Origin: Bacteroidota bacterium
Lineage (GTDB): Bacteria; Bacteroidota; Bacteroidia; NS11-12g; UBA955
DNA: 64,000 bases
Direction: 5' to 3'
NCBI GenBank assembly: GCA_016868785.1
Contig: VGFS01000001.1
Span: 20,631-84,630 of the forward strand
In this document: positions 28,792 to 38,119 of the stretch, one piece after another
Position numbering within the stretch: position 1 is the first letter of the stretch
How the letters are laid out: each line of letters opens with the position of its first letter
Made by a program: the position numbers and the translations under genes
The notes under the pieces: model-generated
Told to the model about the DNA's origin: nothing
What the model saw: only the letters and a program-made list of their open reading frames with translations
Databases searched by the model: none

Positions 28792-31608
28792 ATGGCTAAA
28801 ACTGTTTCAAACACCGTTCAACCCCAATCAGAAGCTTCTGCGATTGCTGTCACCCAGATTTCACTGGACGATTTTCAACAACTTTTGAATCAACACAACA
28901 ATTCAGAAGAAGGGATTTCGCCTCTAGATCCTCTCTATCTCGTTTACTCGGGAAATACAGCACCCAAAGCTTCGGAATTTCAATCATTCAGTCAAGCCGT
29001 CAATGCATCACAACGGGCTGCGTACGCCGTGGCAAAGCCCAAAGCCAACAATGTCTGGGTGTCTGAGTTGCTTGCGGGACATACCGATGCCGATCTGCAG
29101 ACCAAATGGATATTGCTCAACAAATCGGCAGTTTTGGACTTGCTTTCTCCTACCAACACCCTCGAAAACCTCTTCAGCCTCTCCTATTTGTTGGAAAAAT
29201 GTGGTGCGAGGCAATATCAAACAATCCTCTCGCAAACAGCAAACAAAGTTCCTTTGAACAGCCTGTTGAAGGCACGTTGGAAGATTGCCCAAGATTACTA
29301 CCTAAAATCAAATAAAAACATTCATCGATGGGCCTTCATGATTATCGCCGTTTTTGCAGCAATCTTCATGACGCAAATGAGTAAAACAGCCTCCATTTCC
29401 GGAGACGAATTCACCCAATACACCTATTCAAAGCTCATCGCGAACTACTACCTCGATCCCATTGGTATGGCCATTCCGGTTGACACCAATGAATTGAAAG
29501 GACAGCGAATGCCCACCTTGGCCAAAGCACTGCCCCAGTTGGGTTCTGATATTGCCACTATCAAAGACCCTGATCGCGTCATGCATGTGTACGGATCGAG
29601 CTTTGATACGTTTACCACCATTTTGGGTCATTGGATGGGCGTGGAAGATTATATGGGTTTCAGACACTGGTGGAATGCCTTGTTTGGCTTCTTAACCATT
29701 TTCTATACTGCACTGATTGTGAAGCAACTCACCCGCGGAAGTTGGCTCTACGCATGGGTGGCCATGTTGGTCATGCTGTTTATGCCCCGTTTCTTTGGTG
29801 AGGCGATGAACAACCCCAAAGACGTTCCCTTTGCCCTGGGTTATGTGATGAGTTTGTATTACGCCCTCAAACTTTTCCGCAGTGGCAGTCACTATTCATG
29901 GAACAACATCTTCGGCCTGGTATTTGGTACCGCCCTTGGCATTAGCGTCAGAATTGGGGGCTTGTTGAGTGTGGCGATCTTTTTCATGTATGCTGGATTG
30001 AAATTCATTGAATCCATCGGATTGAAAGAATTCATGGGCTTTAAATGGAAAGGCTTTACCAACTTGATTCTGTGGTTGGCAGGACTGGGATTGGCTTCCT
30101 ATATTTTGGGTATTGTGGTATGGCCTTACGGTTGGACAGAACCTTTCACCAACCCCATGGAAGCGTTGAAAGAGTTCACCAATTATTCCGTTTCCTTGAG
30201 GCAGTTGTTTGAAGGCAAACTGTACGACTCAGACATGCTTCCACTGTATTATTTGAGGAAGTATTTGATGATTACAACACCACTTGCCGTGATGTTAGGT
30301 GTATCGTTGTTTATGCTGTTGCTTTATCCCAACCGTAAAAAGTTCAACAATGAAATCTTTTTAATTTTGTTCGCTGCCATTTTCCCGGTTGTTTATATCT
30401 ACATCCAAAAATCGCAAGTTTATGGAGGAATACGTCAGATCCTATTCACCCTGCCCTGTTTTGTGGGAATCGCTTTTGTGGGCTATCAATGGTTGGATCA
30501 ATGGTTGACCAAAACAAACCACAAACTCAAGGGTTGGATTTTGGCAATCACCTTGGCATTAACAGCCCTTCCTGCAAAATTCATTTTTGCCAATCACCCA
30601 GTGAGCTACTCCTTTTTCAATGAAATACATGGCGGTACAGCCAAAGCGTATGCTGAATATGAAATGGATTATTACCTCGCCAGTTTGCGTCCAAGTACCG
30701 AATGGTTCATCAAAAACGTGGCCGAGAAAAATCCCAACAAGAAATTCGAAGTCCTTTCTTACGGCATGGACCACGTAAAGTACTATTGTAGAAATCAAAA
30801 AAATGTTCACGTGGGTTACTCCCGTTTCGATGACCGTAGTGCCAAAAAATGGGATTATTGCATTTTTTACAATGCCTATTTTGATAAGTCTCGATTGAAT
30901 TCAGGAGAATTCCCACCCAAAGGCACCGTATATCAACAAAATGTAGATGGCGTTCCCGCTGGTGTGGTCATTGAACGTCCCATTAGTTCACCCAATGACG
31001 ATTTCGACGATTTTGAAGGCATCAAAGCCATTGAAAAGGATACAGCATTTGCCAAAGGGATTGAACTGTTGAGTCGTTATTTACAGAAAGACCCCAATCG
31101 TTCAGAAATCCATTTCTACCTGTCAACGGCCTACGCCAACTTGGATCAGGTGGAAAAAGCCATTGCCGCAGCAGAAACGGCCAGAAAATACTACCCAGAG
31201 CATTCGCGCAGTTGTTTTGCCTTGCACCAATACTATCTCAATGAGAAGAAATACGACAAAGCAATTCAAGTAATGACTGAATTCATTGATTCTCGTCCCC
31301 GCGACGGCGAAGGATATGTAATGAAAGCGCAAGCAGAATTAATCAAAGGTGATGCGATGTCTGGCATAGCTACGCTGCAAGGAGCCGTGGCTGTCAACCC
31401 CATGGACTACCGTGTGTATGGACTGGGCGCTCAGGCCTTTCAAATGCAAAAGGATGTAACCAATTACAATCTCTGGGTGCAAGCGGCGCAAATTGGCACA
31501 GCCAAAACACAAATAGATTTCCAAATGGGTGTTGAGGCCATCATGACCATTTACGAATCCATCACAGGTACACCGCTGGATACAAAAAAGTACGGATTGA
31601 GTAATTAA
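28792..31608 (+). CDS. large polytopic membrane protein, GT-C-fold (PMT/ArnT-like) glycosyltransferase candidate with C-terminal TPR domain and 190-aa N-terminal soluble extension
   Basis: Start set at ATG 28792 because track start 28696 overlaps the rpsA 5' end. About 13 TM helices, DE motif in the first loop (ISGDEFTQY), and C-terminal TPR repeats (about 250 aa). Confidence 0.45.
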   Translation: MAKTVSNTVQPQSEASAIAVTQISLDDFQQLLNQHNNSEEGISPLDPLYLVYSGNTAPKASEFQSFSQAVNASQRAAYAVAKPKANNVWVSELLAGHTDADLQTKWILLNKSAVLDLLSPTNTLENLFSLSYLLEKCGARQYQTILSQTANKVPLNSLLKARWKIAQDYYLKSNKNIHRWAFMIIAVFAAIFMTQMSKTASISGDEFTQYTYSKLIANYYLDPIGMAIPVDTNELKGQRMPTLAKALPQLGSDIATIKDPDRVMHVYGSSFDTFTTILGHWMGVEDYMGFRHWWNALFGFLTIFYTALIVKQLTRGSWLYAWVAMLVMLFMPRFFGEAMNNPKDVPFALGYVMSLYYALKLFRSGSHYSWNNIFGLVFGTALGISVRIGGLLSVAIFFMYAGLKFIESIGLKEFMGFKWKGFTNLILWLAGLGLASYILGIVVWPYGWTEPFTNPMEALKEFTNYSVSLRQLFEGKLYDSDMLPLYYLRKYLMITTPLAVMLGVSLFMLLLYPNRKKFNNEIFLILFAAIFPVVYIYIQKSQVYGGIRQILFTLPCFVGIAFVGYQWLDQWLTKTNHKLKGWILAITLALTALPAKFIFANHPVSYSFFNEIHGGTAKAYAEYEMDYYLASLRPSTEWFIKNVAEKNPNKKFEVLSYGMDHVKYYCRNQKNVHVGYSRFDDRSAKKWDYCIFYNAYFDKSRLNSGEFPPKGTVYQQNVDGVPAGVVIERPISSPNDDFDDFEGIKAIEKDTAFAKGIELLSRYLQKDPNRSEIHFYLSTAYANLDQVEKAIAAAETARKYYPEHSRSCFALHQYYLNEKKYDKAIQVMTEFIDSRPRDGEGYVMKAQAELIKGDAMSGIATLQGAVAVNPMDYRVYGLGAQAFQMQKDVTNYNLWVQAAQIGTAKTQIDFQMGVEAIMTIYESITGTPLDTKKYGLSN

Positions 31609-32516
31609 TTGTTCCGTTTATGCTTCCAACGCCTATGGCTCCACAGCCAAATATGGGGTTGGTTTTGGATTTCCTTTTCTGTGTGCTGCGCGATGAGTCG
31701 GGTAATTTCACCATCGGGCATGGCTGCAGGATCTGAACACAGCAATTCGGTTTTTGCTTGGTAGAATCCGCGGCTTACTTTGCTGCTCGACAAATAATAA
31801 ATGGGCATGCCAAATTTCTTGGCAATCTTTTCAGGTCCTATCATGAACGGAGTGTCTTGATTTAGAAAATTCGTCCAATAGGCTCCTTTGCCGGAACTAG
31901 GGTTCTGATCTCCAATAAACGCATTTACCGTTACCACAGACTTGTTGGCATCCAACACGCGTAAAGTTTGCTCCATGGGAATGGGATTGGCCCCGAACTT
32001 ACTTCTGATATTGAACATCCAACGGTCAAATCCGCGGTTCGACAAAGTCTTATAAATACACTGAACGCGTTGCTGACAAACGATTTGCGACATCAAACAT
32101 ATCCATTCCCAGTTGCCACAATGACTCATCACGATGATTGCACTTTCGTTTTGGTTATGCAATTGGTCGTAATGATGTTGATCGAGATTCGCCATGCGAT
32201 TTTTCATCTCGCTGGCGCTGATTGACATTCCTTTGATTGTCTCCACAAACAAATCTCCCAAGTGCTTATAAAAATCTCGTTCGATGGTGAGCAATTCATC
32301 GTTGGATCTCTCTGGAAATGAATTCTTTAAATTTTCTCTAACCACTTTTACCCGGTATCCTATCAACCGGTAAAGGATGAACGACAACCCATCCGAGATG
32401 ACGTACAACACTGAAAACGGCAGGATGCTCAGCAGCTTTAAAAATGGCCAGCCCAAGATCCCAAACGACCAGTGTCCCTTCGGCACTGGCGTGCGCTTCA
32501 TCGTCAACAATTGCAT
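31605..32516 (-). CDS. lipid A biosynthesis (LpxL/HtrB-family) lysophospholipid acyltransferase
   Basis: HX4D/E acyltransferase motif (SHCGNWEW) and N-terminal TM. 303 aa. Confidence 0.65.
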   Translation of the reverse strand: MQLLTMKRTPVPKGHWSFGILGWPFLKLLSILPFSVLYVISDGLSFILYRLIGYRVKVVRENLKNSFPERSNDELLTIERDFYKHLGDLFVETIKGMSISASEMKNRMANLDQHHYDQLHNQNESAIIVMSHCGNWEWICLMSQIVCQQRVQCIYKTLSNRGFDRWMFNIRSKFGANPIPMEQTLRVLDANKSVVTVNAFIGDQNPSSGKGAYWTNFLNQDTPFMIGPEKIAKKFGMPIYYLSSSKVSRGFYQAKTELLCSDPAAMPDGEITRLIAQHTEKEIQNQPHIWLWSHRRWKHKRNN

Positions 32517-33583
32517 CAGATATAATTGAATGTTTGCCCGGCTTGGATATGTTTTACCGTATGATACATCAATTGAATACAGCTATTCACATCATCCAAA
32601 TGAACGGTTTCAACGGTGGTATGCATGTATTTTAAAGGCAGAGAAATCAGCGCTGAGGCCACACCCATCCCGGAATACGCAAACGAATCGGTATCCGTAC
32701 CTGTGCTGCGACTAACCGCATTTCGCTGAATGGCAATTTCTTGGCTCTTGGCAACGCCGATGATGGTTTGTAATAGGTTATTTTGAACCGCCGGACCGTA
32801 GGTCACCACTGCCCCTTTCCCGCATTTGCAATCGCCTTGTTGTTTTTTGTTGTATAACGGGGAGCACGTATCGTGGGTAACATCGGTAATGATGGCCACA
32901 TCGGGCTGAAGTCGGCGTGAAATCATTTCCGCACCACGCAAGCCAATTTCCTCCTGGACACTGTTCACCAAATAGACCGTAAATGGCAGTGCGTCTTGGT
33001 TCTCAGACAGCTGACGAGCAACCTCGGCAATCATGAATCCTCCCATGCGATTGTCGAGCGCCCTTCCCACGAGGTGTTTGTCGTTCAACCAAAAGCAATC
33101 CGCTTCAAAAACGGCCACAGCACCCACGTGCACGCCCAAGGCTTCTACCTCGGCTTTGCTACTGCAACCCAAATCGATAAAAATATTTTCTTGTTTGGTT
33201 TCTGGATTTTTATCGGCCCGAACATGGATGGCAGGCCAGCCAAAAACACCTTTCACCACATTTCCATTTTCACAATGAATGTTACAACGCATGGAAGGGG
33301 CAATTTGAAAATCCGAACCCCCATTGCGTATAACGTAGATGTATCCATCTTCCGAAATGTAATTCACAAACCAGGAAATTTCATCGGCATGCGCTTCCAA
33401 CACCACTTTGTAAGGCATTCCGGGATTGATCACACCCACTGCAGTTCCGTAGGTATCCACAAAGGTTTCTTGCACATAGGGCTTTAAATAGTTGAGCCAA
33501 ATGGATTGTCCAGAATGTTCAAATCCGGTGGGACTTACATTGTTGAGGTAGGTTTCTAAAAACGCTTTGGATTCAGGTCTCAT
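32516..33583 (-). CDS. M42-family metallo-aminopeptidase (FrvX/glutamyl aminopeptidase-like)
   Basis: 355 aa. M42 fold motifs: HADEIS (LEAHADEISWF), EEIGLRGA and His/Asp metal ligands. Confidence 0.7.
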   Translation of the reverse strand: MRPESKAFLETYLNNVSPTGFEHSGQSIWLNYLKPYVQETFVDTYGTAVGVINPGMPYKVVLEAHADEISWFVNYISEDGYIYVIRNGGSDFQIAPSMRCNIHCENGNVVKGVFGWPAIHVRADKNPETKQENIFIDLGCSSKAEVEALGVHVGAVAVFEADCFWLNDKHLVGRALDNRMGGFMIAEVARQLSENQDALPFTVYLVNSVQEEIGLRGAEMISRRLQPDVAIITDVTHDTCSPLYNKKQQGDCKCGKGAVVTYGPAVQNNLLQTIIGVAKSQEIAIQRNAVSRSTGTDTDSFAYSGMGVASALISLPLKYMHTTVETVHLDDVNSCIQLMYHTVKHIQAGQTFNYI

Positions 33584-33711
33584 GATTGCGAAGTTATCGA
33601 TTCTGTGTGATCTATCGCCAACAATTAATCTACAAAAGGCAGTTGCAATAATCCTTAAAATCTGATGTGTGGTTTTGCGAAAATCCGTAATATCATCGGC
33701 GCATATTCACA

Positions 33712-33719
33712 TAAGTTTG
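33712..33719 (+). promoter_or_regulatory. candidate -7 box TAAGTTTG for desaturase gene
   Basis: Exact TAnnTTTG, 15 nt upstream of ATG 33734. Confidence 0.3.
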
Positions 33720-33733
33720 AATACAAAAAAAAC

Positions 33734-34828
33734 ATGGAGCCCAATAAAATCGTATTTAACCAAAAACAGCAACCAGAATTTTTCCAAATGGTAACCAAAC
33801 GTGTGAACGATTATTTTCAAGAAAATGGAAAGAGCCGATACGCCAATGCGGGTATGAAATTAAAATCAGTGATCATTTTGTTGCTATACTTCACCCCAAT
33901 TTGCTATTTGATCCTTGGCGATGTAACGGATTTAACAATGCAATATTCATTGTGGGCGATGGCTGGACTTGGTATGGTGGGCATTGGTCTTACGATCATG
34001 CACGATGCCAATCACGGCGCCTATTCTTCGAAGAAATGGGTCAACAATATGATGGGGGGAACGCTTAATTTGGTTGGTGCTTACAACATCAACTGGAAAA
34101 TCCAGCACAACATTTTTCACCACACATATACCAACATTTTGGGACAAGACGAAGACATTAGAAAAACAATCATTCGATTTACGCCAAAGCACCCTTACAA
34201 AGCAATGCACCGATTCCAATGGCTGTATACTTCATTCTTGTACATGATTTTTCCTTTTGTATGGATACTGAGCAAGGATTTTGAACAGTATTCTCGGTAT
34301 AGCAAACAGGGACTTTATGAGAGAATGGGCAGAAGCAACCGCAAAGCGTTGATTGAAATTTGGACAATCAAATTGCTGTATTGGCCCACAACCTTGCTGT
34401 TGCCAATTTATGCATCACAATTTGGTTATGGGCATACTATTGCTGGCTTTTTCATGCATCACTTCATCTGCGGAATCATTTTAGCCTTGGCTACACAGCC
34501 GGCTCATGTTGGTAAAGACATGGAGTATTTTGCAAGTTCAGACAGCAATGGCCACATGGAAAACAGTTGGGCCATTCATCAAATCAAAACAACGGCCAAT
34601 TTTGCCGAAAAAAGTTCATTTATTACTTGGTGCTTTGGGGGGCTCAACTACCAGATAGAGCATCATCTTTTCCCTACCGTCTGCCACGTTCATTACCCTG
34701 AAATTTCTAAAATTGTTAGGGCAACATGTGATGAGTTTAATTTGCCCTACAAATCTCATCGCACATTCTTTCATGCACTGGTGAGTCATTATGGTCAATT
34801 GCGAAGATTGGGATTCAAGACAGCATAA
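33734..34828 (+). CDS. membrane fatty-acid desaturase (three His-box di-iron enzyme)
   Basis: His boxes HDANHG, HNIFHH and QIEHHLFP. 4 TM helices. Start set at ATG 33734 (MEPNKIVFN...). Confidence 0.75.
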   Translation: MEPNKIVFNQKQQPEFFQMVTKRVNDYFQENGKSRYANAGMKLKSVIILLLYFTPICYLILGDVTDLTMQYSLWAMAGLGMVGIGLTIMHDANHGAYSSKKWVNNMMGGTLNLVGAYNINWKIQHNIFHHTYTNILGQDEDIRKTIIRFTPKHPYKAMHRFQWLYTSFLYMIFPFVWILSKDFEQYSRYSKQGLYERMGRSNRKALIEIWTIKLLYWPTTLLLPIYASQFGYGHTIAGFFMHHFICGIILALATQPAHVGKDMEYFASSDSNGHMENSWAIHQIKTTANFAEKSSFITWCFGGLNYQIEHHLFPTVCHVHYPEISKIVRATCDEFNLPYKSHRTFFHALVSHYGQLRRLGFKTA

Positions 34829-34882
34829 CGCATACCAAAGAATCAACTGCATTCACCCTCTGGCGCGCGAATTTTCAAGCAT

Positions 34883-34920
34883 AAAAAAAGCCTTCTCAAG
34901 GAATTGAGAAGGCTTTTTTG
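34883..34920. terminator. bidirectional rho-independent terminator (A7-GCCTTCTC-AAGGAATT-GAGAAGGC-T6)
   Basis: Perfect 8-bp stem flanked by an A-run and a T-run. Serves the desaturase (+) and tRNA-Val/YfhO side (-). Confidence 0.6.
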
Positions 34921-34995
34921 TGGGAGTTGAGGGATTCGAACCCCCGACCCTCTGCTTGTAAGGCAGATGCTCTGAACCAGCTGAGCTAAACTCCC
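34921..34995 (-). tRNA. tRNA-Val (anticodon TAC)
   Basis: Reverse complement GGGAGTTTAGCTCAGCTGGTTCAGAGCATCTGCCTTACAAGCAGAGGGTCGGGGGTTCGAATCCCTCAACTCCCA folds as a cloverleaf (7-bp acceptor, GCTC/GAGC D-stem, TCTGC/GCAGA anticodon stem, TTCGAAT T-loop). CCA is not encoded. Track ORF 34853-35053 is spurious. Confidence 0.9.
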
Positions 34996-35068
34996 TTTGT
35001 GGTTCTTTTGAACGGGAATGCAAAAATAGTATTTTCTTTGACTCGCACAACAAAAACAGGAAAAATAT

Positions 35069-36991
35069 TCAGTGTTTTTTTGACTCTATTTCCACCACAC
35101 CCTTGATTCCATTGATAATCAACAGCATTAGACATAAAACCCAAGTGCATTTAAAAATCCAATAAACAGAATCCCCCAAGTAATTGGGTTTGTAATCCAG
35201 TTGAAAATGATTTGCCGCAGGAATTTTTATTCCCGTGTTACCGTACGACGACCAGGCTAGGGACCGTCCTCCGGAAGTCAACTGCCAATGTTTCGATGGC
35301 GTTTGTCGCACAACGAAAAAACAAACACCCTTGGCATAGACCATCCCTCGAAAAGCAATCGTGTGTCCATTTTCTAGCATCTCACCCACCTTCAAAATAC
35401 CCTTTGGGACTAAATTCCCCGCACTATCCAAGGCGATTATTGCCTCTTCAACATTCGTTACAGGATTGGAGTCTTTATTTTCTCTCACCCGCAGTTGATA
35501 GGGATTATATCCGTCGGTGGCCCATTGCTTGAGGTAAACTCCTTGGTTTTGATTCATGAATGGCACTGTAGCATTCAAGAGCGAATCGGAATCCACTGGT
35601 TTCGACGATGGAATTTGTTTGCGCCATACACCCAATTGTGGCCCTTGATGGGAAAAATCGTGCAGTTTCCCATTCACCTCATTTGCAGGAATTTTCACGA
35701 GCACCGTGTTTTTAATATCTCGCGACGCACCATAAATGACTTCGATCAATACCAACAAAGCCATCAGCCAGCTCCATCGCTTCAATGCCTCCCAATGCTG
35801 TTTTATTGCAAAGGCAGCCGCCATCAGCAACATCAACAGGGCCATTCCCCGATAAATGGCGGGAAATCGAAACAATTGTAACAACGGCAATCTCGGAACC
35901 ACAAACGCGTGCACGGGCGATTCAGGTCCAACCGCCAACAGAAAAAACAACACTGCCAATCCTACCGATAGCAACACGGGGCGACCAATTATAAGATTCC
36001 GACCCATCAATTTCCTGATCAATTCCGAAGTGACAGAGGCTACAAGAAAAACCAACAGTAAGAAACTCCATCGCACATTGATGAGACTGATGTCGGCCAA
36101 GCCTTTTGCCATCGTTTGGTCGGCTTCCACAAACCACATCGATGCGATTGCTCTCCAAGGCCAATGACCAAATTGCATGTCTTGGATCGAAAGCACATCT
36201 GCACGAGTAATCGATTGCTGTAAATCCCAGAAACTCAATATAGCCGGTAACGACAGGCCAATAAAAGTGGCTAAGCTTACAATCAAACCCGAAAATTGTT
36301 GTATAAATTGCTTTACCGAGCGGTGGTTTCGATCGGCACAAATCCAAAACACCCACATTCCTGCGGCACTGTAAAGCGCCAATGCGGTTACACCCAAATA
36401 TCCCCCAGCAAACTGAAAATGGGCCACAATTCCCAAGAGCACAGCGTAAGCGCATCGTGCAGAAACATCATCTTTGGACCGAAACATCCCCAACATCAAT
36501 CCCAACAACCACGGCAACCATGCAAACCCAATCACCCATCCCAAATGCTGGGCATTACCCAAGAAAAAACCGCTCAATGAATATACAATTGCCAAAACCC
36601 CAGCGGGAATGCTCGGGGTATGGATACGGCGCAAGAGAAAGGCGAACCCAAGGGAGGCTATCAACAAATGGGTTAAATACTCAACCAACAGCGACTGCAA
36701 ATTATACTCGTGGGTAGCGGCAAACAAATAACTCAATTCATACCAAGTACCGGGGTCCCCGTGCTGCGGAAATCCGCCAGACATGTATGGGTTCCAAAGA
36801 GGAAGGAGCCCTTGTTTCAATTGCTCGGTAACAAAATACTTCCAAGGGAGATAAATTTCAGTAGCATCCCATTGGAGCGCAGCATTTTCCATGAAAGCTG
36901 GAAAGAACAACCCTAGCAAAATCGACGATTCAACCAAAATCAACATCGCCCAAAAATGAAGTCGCTGTCCGAAGTTAATTGGATGTTTCAT
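35069..36991 (-). CDS. YfhO-family polytopic membrane protein (putative glycan/lipid-linked sugar transferase)
   Basis: PLWNPYMSGGFP motif near the N-terminus, many TM helices, and a large C-terminal extracytoplasmic domain. Start at ATG 36991 (MKHPINF). Confidence 0.5.
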   Translation of the reverse strand: MKHPINFGQRLHFWAMLILVESSILLGLFFPAFMENAALQWDATEIYLPWKYFVTEQLKQGLLPLWNPYMSGGFPQHGDPGTWYELSYLFAATHEYNLQSLLVEYLTHLLIASLGFAFLLRRIHTPSIPAGVLAIVYSLSGFFLGNAQHLGWVIGFAWLPWLLGLMLGMFRSKDDVSARCAYAVLLGIVAHFQFAGGYLGVTALALYSAAGMWVFWICADRNHRSVKQFIQQFSGLIVSLATFIGLSLPAILSFWDLQQSITRADVLSIQDMQFGHWPWRAIASMWFVEADQTMAKGLADISLINVRWSFLLLVFLVASVTSELIRKLMGRNLIIGRPVLLSVGLAVLFFLLAVGPESPVHAFVVPRLPLLQLFRFPAIYRGMALLMLLMAAAFAIKQHWEALKRWSWLMALLVLIEVIYGASRDIKNTVLVKIPANEVNGKLHDFSHQGPQLGVWRKQIPSSKPVDSDSLLNATVPFMNQNQGVYLKQWATDGYNPYQLRVRENKDSNPVTNVEEAIIALDSAGNLVPKGILKVGEMLENGHTIAFRGMVYAKGVCFFVVRQTPSKHWQLTSGGRSLAWSSYGNTGIKIPAANHFQLDYKPNYLGDSVYWIFKCTWVLCLMLLIINGIKGVVEIESKKH

Positions 36992-37095
36992 TCTGGTAAA
37001 ATTTTTACTGCGGGTATTCGACAAACCTCAAATTTACGTGCATTCAAACAATTCCGTATGAATGGTGTTAAAGCATTCAGAATTACCTTTGTTTT

Positions 37096-37725
37096 ATGAA
37101 TATCATTGAGGATCTCAATTGGCGCTATGCCACAAAACGCTATATCAACAAAGAAGTACCTGCAGCACAAATTGATACGCTTTTAGAATCTATTAGGCTT
37201 TCTGCTACATCGTTGGGATTGCAACCATTCGAAATTTACGATATACGATCCTCTGAGCTCAGGGTTAAGATGCGTGAAGCGGCCTACAACCAGCCACAAC
37301 TCACCGAAGCTTCCCATGTTTTCGTCTTTGCTGTTTGGACAGAGGTAACAGAAGCAATGGTAGACAGTTATCTGCAATTCGTGGCTGAGGTAAGAAATCG
37401 TGAAATTTCTCAACTGGATGGATTTAGGAAAAGTATTTTGGGTTTCTTGGGGGGCAAATCTGCCGAAGAAATCATTAAATGGTCGAGCAATCAAGCCTAC
37501 ATCGCGCTTGGTAAAGCCATGGTATCCGCTGCGCAAATGCGGATCGACAGCACACCCATGGAAGGATTCAACCGCCAAGTCATGGATGAACTGTTGGGAC
37601 TGCGCGATAAAAAATTACATGCCTCAGTGATTCTCACTGTTGGATACAGAGACACTGAAAACGACCCAATAGCCAACGCTCAAAAAGTGAGAAAGCCCAT
37701 TCACCAAATTCACCGCATTATTTAA
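37096..37725 (+). CDS. NAD(P)H nitroreductase family flavoprotein
   Basis: 209 aa, MNIIEDLNWRYATKRY... nitroreductase fold signature. Confidence 0.75.
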   Translation: MNIIEDLNWRYATKRYINKEVPAAQIDTLLESIRLSATSLGLQPFEIYDIRSSELRVKMREAAYNQPQLTEASHVFVFAVWTEVTEAMVDSYLQFVAEVRNREISQLDGFRKSILGFLGGKSAEEIIKWSSNQAYIALGKAMVSAAQMRIDSTPMEGFNRQVMDELLGLRDKKLHASVILTVGYRDTENDPIANAQKVRKPIHQIHRII

Positions 37726-37757
37726 GTCTATTGCTATTTAGCGATAAGATTTCATAG

Positions 37758-37765
37758 TATATTTG
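37758..37765 (+). promoter_or_regulatory. candidate -7 box TATATTTG for arsR-family gene
   Basis: Exact TAnnTTTG, 24 nt upstream of ATG 37790. Confidence 0.3.
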
Positions 37766-37789
37766 CAATTCACGATAAAAGAGGAAAAA

Positions 37790-38119
37790 ATGGCAATACG
37801 CGGAAAATTTGAAAACAAAATCACATCAACGGCTGATGGACTCAAAGCCATGGGCCATCCTGGTAGAATTGCTATTTTAAAGCACCTCATGCAACACGGC
37901 GCCTGCAGCTGTCAGGATATTGTAGATCAACTACCCTATAGTCAGAGTACCGTTTCTGGTCACCTACAGAAATTGAAAGATGGAAAACTAATCACAATGA
38001 AGTCGGTGAAAACCTCCAGCGTTTACAGTATCGACATGGAAGCCATCGAGGCGTTGTATGTGGAATTGGGCGAAACCTTTCAGTTGAAAGCCGATAAAAA
38101 ACAACTGTCGCTGTTCTAA
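37790..38119 (+). CDS. ArsR/SmtB-family winged-helix transcriptional regulator
   Basis: HTH signature (CSCQDIVDQLPYSQSTVSGHLQKLKDGKLI). Start at ATG 37790 (MAIRGK). Confidence 0.7.
   Translation: MAIRGKFENKITSTADGLKAMGHPGRIAILKHLMQHGACSCQDIVDQLPYSQSTVSGHLQKLKDGKLITMKSVKTSSVYSIDMEAIEALYVELGETFQLKADKKQLSLF

Noticed and set aside
33665-33733. Upstream extension of the desaturase ORF (MCGFAKIRNIIGAYSHKFEYKKN)
   Set aside because: It contains the TAAGTTTG -7 box. The desaturase N-terminus MEPNKIVFN... at ATG 33734 is the natural start.
34853-35053. 66-aa ORF on the minus strand
   Set aside because: It is fully occupied by tRNA-Val(TAC) (34921-34995) and its terminator. The tRNA cloverleaf is unambiguous, so the ORF is spurious.
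37726-37757. Small palindrome TTGCTATTTAGCGATAA between the nitroreductase and the arsR-like gene as a terminator
   Set aside because: It has only a 4-bp GCTA/TAGC stem and no T-run. It is more likely part of an ArsR operator or -33 region than a terminator, so it was not called.
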